Assembly: GCF_009914755.1 (NCBI RefSeq)
Contig: NC_060926.1
Length of the DNA stretch: 64,000 nucleotides
Reading direction: 5' to 3' (one strand)
Source: the human T2T-CHM13v2.0 reference genome, Homo sapiens
Shown: positions 1 to 23,037 of the stretch, in pieces
How the letters are laid out: each line of letters starts with the position of its first letter
Numbering within the stretch: the first letter of the stretch is position 1
The notes under the pieces: generated by a model
Database searches by the model: none
The model's input: only the letters and a program-made list of their open reading frames with translations
What the model was told of the DNA's origin: nothing
Position numbers and translations under genes: made by a program

Positions 1-1048
1 AGAAAAGATAACCTGCATATTAAAGACTATCCCAATCTTTGTGAGTTAAACCAGTCTCTTTGGGTTTAACACAGGGTGTTTGAATATTATATTAACTGAA
101 TGTTTAGCTAAAACATAGTTATTAGTGCTCATTTTCTTCCTTCAAATGGCATGCCCTTTTTATTCTTCCCCAGATGGTTCCTAGTAAAAAAGTTACTTGT
201 CTATCCGTATAGCTTAAAGTCTACAGGCTATATTCACTCTCCAGTGTACTGTGACTTGTTTGATTAGGTTGGTGTCCAGGTACATGAAACCTGGATAGTT
301 CTGGATAGCTCCTGGATAGTTCCTGGGTAGTTCTTTTGTATGTGAACCCAACACACCTTGGTAAATCCATGGCCTCTGCCACAATATCTGTGAACTCCTT
401 TATATCTGTGGCCTCATTATCCTAACCCTAGCTTTTTTTCTGCTCCAGTACATCAAATATTAACATTTCCATGTACCCCACTGAGGTGGTTGAGGCTTCT
501 GATTTCTCTATATTGCAAATACAAGCCATGAGCAATTTGAAAACCAGTTAGGGTCCATCTACACAGATATACCTTTTTCAGTCCATTTTCAACATGACCT
601 GGAGAGTAGTGTGTTTTTCTAGCACAATGTAAAATATGAAGGACTCTTTAAGGGGTTGTCAATTTTCCTAGGCTATTGCCTGAAAAGCTAACAGCAAGTA
701 TACTTATATTCCTGGAGTATCCCTAGAGTATCTGGCTTTATTTGCCCTTCATTTCCAACTGGCCCCACTTGCATTTTTCACTTGGTAGATAAAGTAGGAC
801 TCATGTCTGACCTGTTGTTACCTCGTCCCTCAGGCATCTCGTCCCTCAGGCACAGAACTCTTTTCACTTCTTTGTTCTATTGGATGGAATATCTTCCTAT
901 CTTCTTTCATGTTACAGGATGCTCTATGTCCTCATTTGTTACAGCAATCCTGATTTACACCTATTTGCACAGGGGAATTTTTAATAAATTCCACTTTCAC
1001 CCTAAAAATATCCCAATTTAGAAAATCTTTATTAATGGGAAAATTCTA

Positions 1049-7058
<6,010 letters not shown>

Positions 7059-8867
7059 TTAATTTGAAAATTCTAAAGAGCTAATTTCTTGATATCTAAT
7101 ATGGAACAGTTAGTCCCACTCTTAAGATAACATTGAAAAAAATAAATAAAATGGAGAAGTTAGGATTTATAAATAGCTTTTCTCTCTCAACCAAATCTGC
7201 TGTTGAAGGTGGTAGATTCACTACAATTTGAGAAAGTCAAATTTAAATAGGAGGTGCTATTGCTGCCACTGAGCTGTCACCACAGGTTTTACCATGGACA
7301 ATGCTAATACTGAATACTTGATACTCTTTCAGAATTTTGTTATACTTGTCAATGGAAACTGGATGTGGCAGCCACCATTCTCAGGATAAATTCCAAATTC
7401 TACATTGTTCCTTATATCACTAAATTTTGTTCAGAATCCAAAATGGGTACACAGGATTGATGGAGCCAATGCAAGTCCTAGTTATAGGACAAGCTGTGTA
7501 AATATCTGATATCTATTGCAAAAGGTGGAAGACACATGATTCTCTAAACCCAAACTGCTAAGTGGCCAAAGCGACTGTCAAATATCCATTATACAAGTCT
7601 AAACCAAGGCTCAATTAACCTACTCTCCAAATTAGGGCACAGAATATAGTCCTAGTCCTGTCAGCTCTCCAGGTGTGTCCTTGTGGAACAAGTCAAGGTT
7701 ACCACTTAATGAATGGAAACTGTTTGTGTACCCTTCTTACAAAGAATGATTTATTGCCAACCAATCCTTTCTTTCTGTTGTAGCATACTAATCAGGTATA
7801 TCCTGGGTGTACAGGCATAGATTAGCCTTTGAAATTGAACATATTAGTAGTGTGTCATGGAGCTATAGAATGAATTTATTCAAAGTATGTGTACAGAGAA
7901 AATATCTTAAAATATGTGAAATGTTTCTCTATAATGTAAAATAGAAGATATGTTACTTTTGTGCTTATATTTTGAATATTTCTTTATTTCAACGTTTGAT
8001 GCAGTTACGCTTTGAGAATTCATTTCCAACCAAACTTTAGGATGTGAGTTAAGAGCAGTAAGACATCTTATGTTTTCTAGCTGGATTCCTGATTGTTACT
8101 TCCTTAAAAACTTTATCTTAATGAGCATTTAGCTTACTGTGTTTCTCCTTAAACCTATACCTTGCATAAAGAAGGATTGTATAATAATTTAAAATTTTTG
8201 ATTATTATCTAGTTTGCATATGAAAGAGTGAAAACACACTGTGGGATGACAAAAATCCGATAGGAAATACATGTTTTCAAATTTCTTTAGTAGATACTAG
8301 ACAGTGAATCAACATTTATTTAAAATGTAATGAAAAACCTATAACTTTGTTTTTGGTTTTAAGAAATTATTGAAAATAGTGTTCAGAATTTTGAATTAGA
8401 GCTCCATGACCCAAGAAAAGGTGAAATAGAATTGATTTGTAGGTATCTATGTATACTAAATTATATTTTATCTTTTTTAGATCATGGGATTCTAACTCAG
8501 AATATGTATGTATGTGTGTGTGTGTGTATATATATATATATGTATACTAAAAACTAAATCTAAATATATATATATATTTTAGGTCTGTCTGCTTGGAGAG
8601 TCTAGAAGTAGTGACACTCCACCAGTAATGAACATATCCAGTGTTAGGATCTTGATTTCTAATATCACTCTGTAATAAAAGGAAAGGAAACAGGGTTCTT
8701 TGGAGAAGTGTCTGATTCTAGAGCTGGGCAGATAAAATACTAGATAGGCCTGGAGCACTTGGGACATTTTCTTGTGCTAGAAAGGAAGGAAATGCTCAAA
8801 AAGTAGAACAGAAAAGAAAAAAAAACTCAACATAATAATGGGATATGTCAAGTTATGACAAAGGAAC

Positions 8868-8936
8868 TGTAGTGGGCACCTGCAGAGGTTGGTGGATCCC
8901 CAACTAAATTTGATTTGGATATTCAGACTGATAATG

Positions 8937-8982
<46 letters not shown>

Positions 8983-9312
8983 GCTGTGAATAAATTCACT
9001 ACTTGTGGAATTGAATTTGCTGAGGAGAGCTGCACATTACCTCCCAAGCATTTCTGAAATGGCTTGAGAGAGCAAGTAAGGGAGACTGGCTTGGGGTTTT
9101 TATTGCGGTTGGGGGTTAGGGCCAGGGTGAGAATTCTCATATGTGAGGTGAGGCTTGAGTCATTTGAATCTCCCATCAGTACCAGACAAGGGAGTACCCA
9201 GGCATTCTTGTCCAGTTGCCCAGATGTTGGGCACAAGGGAAGAAGGAGGAGGTAAAACTTAAAGGCTGTTGACACTCAAACATCAAACAATAAAGTCAGG
9301 TTCCTCATTATA
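8868..9312 (-). mobile_element. Solo ERVL LTR, LTR47-like, with an expanded (CA)n at ~8938-8979
   Basis: Resembles the recalled LTR47 consensus (aataaaaaccccaagccagtctccc, ctctctcaagccatttc, gtgtgtggcattatcagtc). 5-bp TSD ggaac 8863-8867 / ggaat 9313-9317. Confidence 0.72.
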
Positions 9313-9894
9313 GGAATCCAACCTGAAAGAGCTTCCAGTGATCAAACCTTCTGAAACAATTTGAGCAACAAAATAATGTAGTGTTTGATTATAACCCAAA
9401 ATATAAAATAAATATCTTTGATTCCTTAATGGTATAAATATAAATGATTAGTAAGGACATGTGAGAGAGTAGACAAATCTCCCATACAGAAGAATCTCGA
9501 GTAATATATGTTGATAATCCTTCCCTCAAGTAGGTGGAGCTTAACAACTCAGCTGTTGAGTGTTGGCTGCACTTTGTAAATAATGACTTGCATCCAGAAA
9601 TGCAATGGAAATAGGGAAGAAAGTAACTTTACAGTGGGGAAACCTGGCAACCTTCTCATCATGTAACCAAAGGATCAAGGTGAACATCATCAGTTTTAAG
9701 TACTGTTGGTAGCATGAACCTATGATGTAATATGCTAATAATGGCACTCCCCTGTGATCTTCTTGCAAATCCATAACTTTAGTCTAACCATGGGGAAAAT
9801 ATCAGACAACCTCAAATCTAGGGCTATTCTGTAAAATACTGTCAGACTAATGCTCCCCAAAATTGTCAAGGACATTAAAATCAGGGAAAATCTG

Positions 9895-10126
9895 TGTATT
9901 AGTCCATCTTGTGTTGCTATAAAGGAATACCCGAGACTGGGTAATTTATAAGGAAAAGTGGTTTATTTGGCGCATGGTTCTGCAGGCTGTAGAAGAAGTA
10001 TAGCACCAGCATCTGCAGAGAGATCTGCCTCCATGACCCAAACACTTCCCCCTAGGCCCCACCTCCAACACTGGGGATCACTTTTCAACAAGAGATTTGG
10101 AGAGGACAAATATCCAAACTATATCA
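9895..10126 (-). mobile_element. MaLR solo LTR, MSTB-like, internally deleted
   Basis: Termini tgtattagtcc...aaatatccaaactatatca. 5-bp TSD atctg 9890-9894 / gtctg 10127-10131. At 232 bp it is shorter than a full MST LTR. Confidence 0.8.
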
Positions 10127-11224
10127 GTCTGAGAAACTGTCTCAGTCCAGAGGAGGCTTAGGAGACCTAAAAACTAGTTGTAAGGTGATATTCTGGATGC
10201 GATTTGAAACATAAAAAGGATATTATGGAAAAATTAATAAAACTAAAAATATGGCCTGTAGTTCATAATAATATATCAATATTGGTTCATTATTTGTGAA
10301 AAATGTATCATTACAATGTATGATGTTAATGGGGGCAAAAGGGTATGGGATAAAACAGGAATTCTCAGTACTACATTAGCAACTCTCCTGTTAATCTTAT
10401 GCTATTCTAAATAAAAAGTTTATTTTTGAAATTTATAATTCTTTTGGCTTCTAGGAATAGATAGTAATCTTTTACTTTTTTTTAACCTAGGCATTTCATG
10501 AGTACTCATCTATAGGTTATAATTAATAAATTATGTTATTTTCTATTAATAAAGAAATATTACTATTCAGTGATAGTAGAAAAAAGTGTGTATCTGTATG
10601 TAATTGAACAGATGGTATTTTGTGTTGGTATAATCATATACAATGCAAGATGAAATAGCTTTTCAAGGTCAAATTTTAAATTAAGTATTTTTCAGGAATA
10701 CAGGTAAATCATGACACCAAAGCTAACAAAAGTTCTTAGTTATAAGACATGTTTAATAAAATAGAGAATATATGTGGGTGGAAAATGAGCTAAGAGTTGG
10801 GGGAATAAAAACAACCTCTTCATATTTTACATTCCAAGTGATAATTACCTTGTATTTTATAAATATAAAGATGATAGTTATTGTGAAACAATTTGAACAG
10901 AGGAAAAACCTCTCTCAAAATAGAGAATTGAATAATTATTAAAGTGTACAATGAGTATTCTTAATTCAGGAAACTATGCCGTGAAATAAATGTTTCAGAT
11001 GCTTACCTAAAATAAGTAATTAATAATTAGCTGGTGGAATTATATTTTAACTTAAAATTCTGTTTTTCTTTTGTTAAAATTTATGTTTTATTAAAAAAGG
11101 TATAAATTTAAAAGAGATTAATATTTTTTATATTTTACAATGGATATTTAAATATTGTGTTTTATGTAACCTTTTTAAAAGTCATTTAGTGTATAATTTC
11201 ATTTCTTTGAATTTTATTTTTTAG

Positions 11225-11294
11225 ATTTCTGGACTTCAAGAAACATTGAAGAAACTGCAAAGAGGACATAGTTACCATGGTCCTCAAATTAAAG
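11225..11294 (+). CDS. SPAG16: SPAG16 coding exon (probably exon 8), 70 nt, phase 0 to 1: ISGLQETLKKLQRGHSYHGPQIK
   Basis: Acceptor ttttattttttag| and donor aag|gtaaat. Only frame 0 is open. The peptide matches my recalled SPAG16 sequence (...DKVVGQISGLQETLKKLQRGHSYHGPQIKVDHS...). Confidence 0.93.
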
Positions 11295-12604
11295 GTAAAT
11301 GTAAAATGTGATGAAGCTCTCATTTAATATAGTTTGGTGATTTCTCAACCTTATCAGTGATTAATATTCTAGAGATATTTAAAAGTGAGTAAGTGGTGGC
11401 TATTTCACAAATTAAAATTTTAATAAAAAGATTAAGAAGAAATATAGATATCATACTGTATGGATTAATTATAGAGAAAAACAAGTCAACTATAATGGAA
11501 GGACTTCTGCTTCTGGTCATTATACCTGGTACCAGACTAGCCTTCTCTGTGTAAATAACTCTAAAGCTAAGCTGTAAGATCAGACAACTACTTTTAGGCA
11601 GTAGAAAACAGACAGCTCAAGTAACAGAAGGCAATTGACAGAAGGAAAATTTATAAGGTGAGCTCTGCCATCACCATGGCTTTGGGTCTGTGGAAAGTTC
11701 CAAACTGAGCTTTGTGGAGATGGAAGCCAATAAGAGCATGACAATCCTGATAATTGGAAATGTCAGAGACCCTAGTTCACAGCTTTTGAAGCCACTGGAA
11801 TCTGTAGGGAAAGACACCAGAGAAGAGAGCTGCAATGAGGAGTGGCTCAGTTTGTGAGGGAGTTTACTATGAGTCCTTAGCTGAGGCTGCAATACTATAC
11901 ATAACAACACTACCTGACACTTACAAGAGAGATACAATTATATAGGATCAAGAGGAGGCCAGAGATTGTAGAAGTTAAGTAGTGATGCGAAACATTGCAA
12001 ATCTGGCCATGCCTGGGTGGAAAGACCTCTTTCACACCTTGTTAACAACACAGTAACATTCAGCATCCCATATCCGCCTTATAAAACCAGGAACAAAGCT
12101 TACACAGCATTCTTAGAGAGGACACAGAATTTGGAGTTTGAGTCTTGCCAAGTTATAGGGCCTTGAGAAACATTTAGGGCTTTCCATGGATCCACCCTAA
12201 CGAAGCATAAAATTAAGCCTAGGATTTTAGGGTCATCAGCCAAAAATGGAACTGCCTTCTAGAACAAAAAATGACATCCTTTTGAGGAAGACAGTCATCC
12301 AGAGTCTTTACAATCTTTTACCCACATTGCCTAGTACATAATTAAACATTTCTAGATATGAATAGGAACAGGAAAATGTGACCCATAATCAAGACAACAA
12401 GCAATAAATGGAAACCTACCCTTAAGTAGCTAAACTGTTGCATTTAGCAGATAGAAAGTGCTAAAGCAGATACTTTGATTATGTTCAAGGACTTAATGGA
12501 AAATACTAATAAGTGAACAGATGGGGAATTTAAGCAAAGAAATGAGAACAAGCATACATTCCAAAGCAAATTGAAGTTCTACAGCTGAAAAGTAGAATAA
12601 CTAA

Positions 12605-12905
<301 letters not shown>

Positions 12906-13009
12906 CAAAAATTTTATTTAATGTACTTCATAACAAATTAGAGATGACAGAAGTGTCAGTAAATTTCAAGAGAGATCCATAAAGGCATCTAGTCTAAAGA
13001 AGAAAGATA

Positions 13010-13344
<335 letters not shown>

Positions 13345-13556
13345 TTAACATATATAAAATTAAAGTCCCAAAGAAGAGAATGAAAATGGAGCATAAAAAT
13401 ACTTAAACAAATGATGGCCCCAAATTTCCCCAAATTCATGTAAAGTATAAACTTAAACACCTAAGAAAATAACTAATCATACACATAAAGAGAACCACTC
13501 CTGAACACAATGTGTTGAAATTGTTGAAAATTGAAGTGAGAAAATCTTTTTTTTTT

Positions 13557-13877
13557 AATTTATAAAGAAAAAGAAAAAGAGGTATAATGGACTCACAGTT
13601 CCACATAGCTGGGGAGGCCTCACAATAATGGTGGAAGGCAAAGGAGGAGCAAAGGCACCTCTTAGATGGCAGCAGGCAAGAGAGAGTTTGCAGAGGAACT
13701 GCCCTTTATAAAACCATCAGATCTTGTGAGATTTATTCACTATCATGAGAACAGCATGGGAAAACCCACCTCCATGATTCAAATACCTCCCACCTGGTCC
13801 CTCCCTTGACACATGGGATTTATGGGAGCTACAATTCAAGATGAGATTTGGGTGGGGACACAGCCCAAACCATATCA
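13557..13877 (-). mobile_element. THE1-type MaLR LTR lacking its 3' terminus (inside an L1 3' transduction)
   Basis: On the minus strand it starts tgatatggtttgggctgtgtccccaccc and ends ...cctctttttctttataaatt followed directly by A10. The terminal acccagtc...ctaataca is absent. Confidence 0.88.
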
Positions 13878-13938
13878 CCAAGTGTCCATTGATAGATGAA
13901 TGGATAAGCAAAATGTGGTTTTTACATGCAATAGAATC

Positions 13939-16132
<2,194 letters not shown>

Positions 16133-16849
16133 GCGAGAAAATCTTGAAAGCAATAATACAAATACAGGCTGATTTCTCATAGGAAATACTGGAGGCTAGA
16201 AACAATAAAATGGTATTTTTAAAGTGTGGAAAAAATTTTAATTCAGAATTGTGTATCCAATAAAAATATCCTTTAAAATTTAGATAAAATGTAGACATTT
16301 TAAGATGCAGGCAAGCTCGGAGATTTTTTGCAAGCCTATCTGTACAGCAGGAAATACTAAAGAAGTTTCTTTGGTCAAAAAAGTATATTTGCCAGAAGGA
16401 AATTAATATCTACCACAATTGAATACAGAGAATTAAAAATGTTAAATTCTGGTTAAAATGAGAAATATGTTTTCCTTTTCTAATTTCCTCAGAAGAAAAG
16501 TGACTGATTAAAATAAAATTATGGTGTCATAAGGTAATGTTTATAAGGTATGTAAAATAAAGGAAAATAAATTGAGGTGTGGTGGAAATGTTTTATATCT
16601 TAATTTTGGTGGTAGTTACATGCCTGTTTATATTTGTCAAAACACACCTATCTGTACAATTACAGTGCATAATTTACCTACAATAAAATGCATAAATTTA
16701 AGTATACCTGTGTTTACTTTTAGGCAAAGAGGATTTTTTTTTTGGCTCAGATAGCTAGAAGGCACAGACAGTATTCTCAGACATGACTAGATCCAGAAGG
16801 ATGATGTCCTTAGGACCTGGTCACTGCCTCTGTCTTGTGAGCTGAATTC

Positions 16850-17215
16850 ATTTTTTAAAAAGGATAAACTTTATTTTTTAGAGCAGTTTTAGGTTTATAG
16901 CAAAATTGAGTGGAAGGTACAGTGATTTTCCATATACCACCTGCCCCCACCCATATACCACCTGCCCCCAGACATAGCTTCCCCTATTATCAGCATCCCC
17001 TACCAGATTGATACAGTTGTAAAAACTGATGAGTGTCCATGACATTAATGTCACCGAAGTCCATAGTTTACATTAGGGTTCACTTTTGATGTTGTACGTT
17101 CTGTGGAATTCAACACATTTATGACGTGTATCCAACATTATAGTGTCATACAGAGTAGTATCACTGCCCTAAAAACCTTTTGTGCTTTGCGTATTCATCC
17201 CTTCCTCCTTCCTAC
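16850..17215 (-). mobile_element. L1MC1/2-like 3' end fragment
   Basis: aaactttatttttttagagcagttttaggtttatagcaaaattgagtggaaggtacag and gtccatagtttacattagggttcac are typical L1MC 3' sequence. Contains a 21-bp tandem duplication at ~16930-16970. Confidence 0.72.
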
Positions 17216-18270
17216 TTTTCTAATATTTTATGTTAAAGTAGTATCAGTTATGCACAGTGATTCCTAAGGGACTATGCACAAGGATGTTTATTGCAGTCAT
17301 AAAAGTAACACAACAATACAAGCAATCTCACTTTTTAACCACCAGTGAATGTTTATAGTGGATCCTACAATAATAAAAAGTCTAAAACTCATGCATAAGA
17401 AATACTTATGTTTTAATGTTAAGAAGTAAAAACATTTATATGGTACAAATGTATGCCTGTTGAATATATGCAAAGAAAAAATATCAGAAGGTGTATACCA
17501 GGATTTTAACATAATTTTCTCTGTGTTATGTGACTACTTCCTACCCTTTTCTTTATTGCATATTTTACAAAGAGTGTACATTTCTGTCAACTTCAAAAAT
17601 TGTTTTCATATTAAGATAAGAAGAATGTAATCAGATATAAATATTAAATGATGGTTTGAAATTATCATAATTTCATGAACTGTAACTCCAAAAATGACTA
17701 AATAGTCTGAAAAAGAATATATGTAAGAAAGCTTAAAGGTTGAGGGACTTTGTGAATTGGGTTGATGTTTGCACCAATTAATCTCTAACGATTCATTCTA
17801 CTCTAATGGTTTAAATTTTATATATTTATCCTTGACATATCAATTAAAATAAACTGATGCCTGACAGATAACTCCCTTATGAAATTATCTCCTGGTGTTT
17901 AGTCTAATTCATACAAGAACATATTGCATGTTTTTCTTGAGTGATGTTTACAATGTACTTTGGAGATTAAACTTGTATTTGATCTGTGATATTTTGAAAT
18001 GGCTTTTAGTCAAAAGAAATTCTGACCCAACATGGGGAAATAGTTTCTTTTAGTTATGTATCCCAACTATCTAATCAAAAGTAGTTATTTAAATCCTGTA
18101 CTGAATAATTTTATGCTCTTTGTAAACATACACTCTAGTTTTAGATACAGAACTTGAAGCACTTTTCCCTAAGCTTCTGATCTCAGCATTTGTCTGTGGT
18201 CCCTTAGACTCTGTCACGTCTCCAGTTGCTAAAACTTGGTATCCTGCTTAGGGACTGTAATTTGAAAAGA

Positions 18271-18564
18271 GGCTGTGCGTGGTGGCTCACGCCTGTAATC
18301 CCGGCTCTTTGGGAAGCCGACGCACGCGGATCACGAGGTCAGGAAATCAAGACCATCCTGGCCAACATGGTAAAACCCCGTCTACTAAAAATACAAAAAT
18401 TAGCTAGGCATGATGGTGCGTGCCTGTAATCCCAGCTACTTGGGAGGCTGAGACAAGAGAATCACTTGAACCAGGAGGTTGCAGTGAGCCGAGATCGCAC
18501 CACTGCATTCCAGCCTGGCAACACAGCAAGACCGTGTCTCAAAAAAAAAAAAAAAAAAAAAAAA
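18271..18564 (+). mobile_element. AluSc-like
   Basis: Full Alu with gatcacgaggtc and cctggcaacacag (the Sc-type single-base loss), A24 tail, TSD gaaaaga 18264-18270 / 18565-18571. Confidence 0.9.
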
Positions 18565-20859
18565 GAAAAGACGATTTATTGATTAAGTGGTTGTTCTTCA
18601 TAATTCCTGTCATTCTTCATATTTTCATGTTACTTCCTCCCGCTTTACTTGCTCATTTAAGTTTAGTTTTAAAAATACTTCCCTCTCTCTCTCATTTACC
18701 CATTCATCCACCCATCCATCTATCCATTTATTTTCGGCAGAAGTTGGCATGTCAATAGAGATTCTTCAAATTAAACATTATTTACTTTGAAGTTAGAAAA
18801 CAACAAATTCATTGTCATTTACTCTAAACTTTGGGAAGAAGACACATTAATTGTTAATCTAAATTTAGGGAATAAGATGCAAATTGGAATGATTTGGAGC
18901 AAAGTTAGCAAAGTATTTTAAACATACTTTTTTGACTACCAAAGTGACGTTTATTATAGAAAATTCAGACAATGATAAAATATATTTTAAAGAATCACCC
19001 CGTAATTGCTGCCATACAAAGATAATATTAATGCTTTATTACCTAATCTGATCTGAAAAGAGTTTTCAATTTTACATTTATTCTTTATGGTAGGTCAAAA
19101 GTAGAAGAATTTCTGGGAGAAACTATGAAATAATTATTATTGAGTAGATATTTAAACTGAAAATTACAGATTATGTTTTTATTTTTATCAAGGGTCATAT
19201 GTATCGAATATTTACATGACACTATACAGAAAGCACTTTTTAGTATTACATATTATGAGATAAATTTTTTTTCAAATTAATTTCAAAAAGCTTATGAAAT
19301 CTACTGGTTTTGATTGTCATCCTTTTATTAGTTGTTTTTGTTTGCTAAGGTTGCAATTTCAGTGCAGTAATGCCTATTTTTAAACCAGATCATAATGATA
19401 CATATAATTGCATTTTAGTATATCTTATAATGTATAGGAAATTATTAATTCCGGATGACCTTCTAGAAATTGTAAATGCTTGGTGAAGTGAAAAATTGTG
19501 AAAGCTGACTTCAGAGCTTTAAAGAGGAAATAAATGTCATATATAGTAAAGCAAAGTAGCTCTTAAGTTAGTACTTCAAAATTAATAGTAGAGCAAGTAC
19601 TCATTATTTCTTATAGTTTAATTAATTGCTGCTTTTTAAGTTCGTGTTTTGTTGCTGCTCAGAATTGCATTATGAGATGCCAAATTCATGTAATTATTAG
19701 ACTATATGGTCTAATTAATACTTTTTTCAAATATAACATCTTCTTATTTAACTCTATTTCTTTTTCTGAATTCTAATTACATAGATCTAACCAATCTCCT
19801 CATTTTAGTTTACATGTGTCCTAATCTCTTAGACATTTTCTGTTTCTCTAGGGTAAATTATAGACAATTTCTTCAAAACCTTTTTCAGTTAAAAAATTCT
19901 CTTTTCAGTTTTGTTTGGTCTATAAGGAAGTTAGGGAGTGGCATGAAGTTAGGGAGTGGCACAAAGTAAGTGCTCAATAAATATTTGTTAAATTATGGTA
20001 TTTATGTCTTTCTGATATTTATCCAAGAGCCTGAACATGTTAACATTGATTAAATGTGTACACACATGAAGGAACAATTGAGTGGGTAAAATTTAGCACT
20101 GGAAGGTACAATAAATAGAATTTCTATAAATGAAAGTGTGTTTGTTTATTTGCTGTTTGTTTTATCTCAAGAAAGTATGCATGCCTTAAAATGTTGACTT
20201 TACCTAAGTAAAATTTGGAAAACTGCACAGTACCTGTTGGTACCATAGCCTTTGTCATTAATAAGCATTAGATGACAGCCATGAGAAGCTATGATAGAGA
20301 CAAAGACTTTGCTGGGATATTACTCAACATTGAGAAGTGCTATATGGAATCTGAGAATTACATGCATTTAACACTGAATGTGATACAGACTTTATTGTCT
20401 GTGCCTTTCATTTGTTCTGTAAATTTTTGTGTAAGTAAAAGTGATGCTTATTTGCTGGAGAGTGGAAATCATATTTATTCTCGCTACATTGAGAAATACT
20501 TGAAAAACATTTTTTTTTCTGCCAGTACCCTGTACATTCTGCAATGTTTATTCCTAAGTTTTGGTTTTAAATGTTGAATACTGTCCTAAAATTTTATTAA
20601 AGTGTGTATTTTTCATTTTGTTTGTAGAGCAACAATGTATACACATAAACCATGCCCTTTTGGATTTTCCACTTTTGTAATTACTACCATATTTGTTTGT
20701 TTACTTGCTTTTTAATTTTATTTCTTTGATGAAGTGGCCTTTAGCAATGTCTTGCATGCTACATGAGATCTGCTTATATTCCTGGAATTATCTGTTGGAT
20801 TCTTGAGTTTCTCTCCCTACTGATTTCTCTTTTCTTTCCTCTGATATTACTATATGCAT

Positions 20860-21010
20860 TCCCCTTCTCATATACAATGGGAACAAAAGGTAGTGTGACC
20901 TTCACAAGATTATTTACATAATTGCATAAAATTGTACCTATAAGTTGTTTAGAATAGTGGACATTATAATAGTAAAAGATCAATGAGGCATGAATGTTAG
21001 TTATTGTTTT
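20860..21010 (+). mobile_element. MIR 3' fragment
   Basis: Degenerate MIR core and 3' end (ctcatatacaatgggaacaaaagg..accttcacaagattattt..gaatgttagttatt). Confidence 0.45.
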
Positions 21011-22145
21011 TAATTATTATCAGGTTGACACCCCTGGAATTTGAAGGGGAAAATATAATAAAAGAGAAGCAGAAGTAAATATTTTCCCTTAATCTCAACA
21101 AGCTGTAATTGTTGCCTTTCCTCTAGACTTCAGTATCCTAGATGCTGTGGGACTCTAGCTTAGCACCTTCGGGGAGGACAGGCAGTTTGGACACCCAGGT
21201 CTCTCAAGTACTTTCATGTAACGTGGGGTTATGGAACATTTTTTAACGTTATTGTGGGAGTTATTTTGAGGATTTTCTCCTTTGTCTAGAACTGGTATCG
21301 AATAGAAAAAATTAGTCAGAAAATAAAATAAAATAAATGCCAGCCATTTTCTTCCCTGCCTTTATAATCTCAGGATTTCTTAAGAGAGCCTTGTCATTGA
21401 AATCATCCAGACATTTCTTTGTTCATCATCTTTTCTCTATTATAAATCTGGTGTTATAATTTGTAACGTTTAGTTGTTTATTTGTGTTAGTGATTATAAC
21501 CTTAGTTTTTTGCAATCAACTTACTGTTTAGAAATACAAGTGGAAATATGTGTACTTATATATGTGTATGTATTATATGTAGAAAAATGTGAGAGACTTT
21601 TTCTGTCAATTCCCCACTCTCAAATGATTCCATTAAGACTGCTCATTATGTCCATGAGAAGTAGGAGACCAATGTTACAACTATTTTGAATATTACCCTG
21701 TGTTTTTCCTTTTTGTCCTTAACATAGTGAAGCATAGACAATAATATTTTATTAATATAATATTCTTTTTATAATAAAAATATTTATTATCTAGTTTCAT
21801 GTGGGAAGTTTTGTCATTTCTTGTCATTCTCTCCTCCACCATCTTTAACTCTGTTTATAAACACACAAAGCCTTGTGATAACAGGAATTTGGATATGTCA
21901 TAACTGTGCTCTGTAACTGGCTCACCATGTATTTAATTAACCTTGTAGTAATGCATCTCTGCATTTTTGGGAACTGAATTTTGAGACCACACATAAAGCA
22001 TTTGGTATGGTTTGGGTATCAATAATTTAATGAATTTTTTAAAAATACATGCATCATTGAGGTTTTGGTTTTCATATTTTTGGTTGCAATCATTTTATAC
22101 CGATAAACAGTGCAAATATTAAGAATAAATTATATTATCTTGTAG

Positions 22146-22255
22146 TTGATCATAGTCGTGAAAAAGAAAATGCACCAGAAGGTCCTACTCAGAAAGGTCT
22201 TCGTGAAGCCAGGGAACAAAACAAATGTAAAACAAAGATGAAAGGCAATACAAAG
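22146..22255 (+). CDS. SPAG16: SPAG16 coding exon (probably exon 9), 110 nt, phase 1 to 0: VDHSREKENAPEGPTQKGLREAREQNKCKTKMKGNTK
   Basis: Acceptor attatcttgtag| and donor aag|gtatga. Phase matches the preceding exon and the frame is open. The peptide continues the recalled SPAG16 sequence toward DSEFPIDM... and the WD40 repeats. Confidence 0.94.
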
Positions 22256-23037
22256 GTATGATATTTGTTTTTGTTTGCATTAAGTCATACTTAACTCTCA
22301 GATCTTTAGATCCATTCACTCATATGGTATCATTATTTTACCGGAAAAGGAATTTAGAGGTTATATATTCCGGGCTGCTTGGTTTATACATGGACAGTGG
22401 AGGTATCCAAATGTTACTAGTAAGTAGTTAATTCAGGGACACAGGCTTATTAGTAGCAGAGACAGCTCAGTGGATCACTCTGCCACCTATCCCAACATAA
22501 TCATGATCATGTCTGCTCACCTGCTAACTTTTCTGCTTGAAACTACCTCTGTCTAAAAGAAATCACTCCCAGGTCATATCTTGTTATATCTTTTCTCAAA
22601 ATGTAACGTCAGACTTTACTTAGTCTCTTTAAAGGTAGAATGAAATAGCATTATGCTCCGTTTAACAATCTCTTTATATCTTGAGTACCTTCACTTTGTA
22701 ATCAGACTGGTAGTTTAAATCTTTGCCAGTGATTAAAGAAAATGGTATTAAAAATGGTTGGTCAAAGAGATCAAAAATGAAGAAAATTACATAAAACCTG
22801 TGAAGAGTTTAGTTTATTGTTTTGAAAATTACATAAAAGTCTAGCTCAGGTAATGGATTTTCTTGTAAGGCAGTTGTTACCTTAGAGTTCTAAAATATCT
22901 GGCACTTATTTTAAAATAAAAATATTTACAATTATAATAGCTTCTTAGTAATTCTAGAAGAAGAATAGATTTGTATGAATTCAAATAATAGCATTTACTT
23001 AGGTAATGCCAATAATTTTTTTTCTCTCTAAAACATG

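Larger units (their letters stand above)
8580..10430 (+). mobile_element. Old L1 3' end (L1MC3/L1MD-like) interrupted by LTR47 and MSTB
   Basis: Characteristic 3'UTR motifs: ataacccaaaatataaaataaatatc, ccctcaagtaggtggagc, aagtaactttacagtggggaaacctgg, and the terminal tattctaaataaaaagtttattt. Boundaries approximate. Confidence 0.7.

Noticed and set aside
1-1030. Faint CR1/L3-like RT resemblance near 350-430 and four ~11-bp ctggatag repeats at ~290-333
   Set aside because: The similarity is too weak and inconsistent in strand to call. The repeat is short slippage.
19927-19961. 18-bp tandem duplication (gaagttagggagtggca); similar small ones at ~16930, ~25000-25065 and ~60182-60244
   Set aside because: Common slippage duplications with no further structure. 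The ttaggg inside is not a telomeric array.
20272-20577. 101-aa + strand ORF, and a nearby acceptor-like tttgtttgtag at ~20627, in the intron between the two exons
   Set aside because: No recognisable homology, and the two real exons already join in phase without it.
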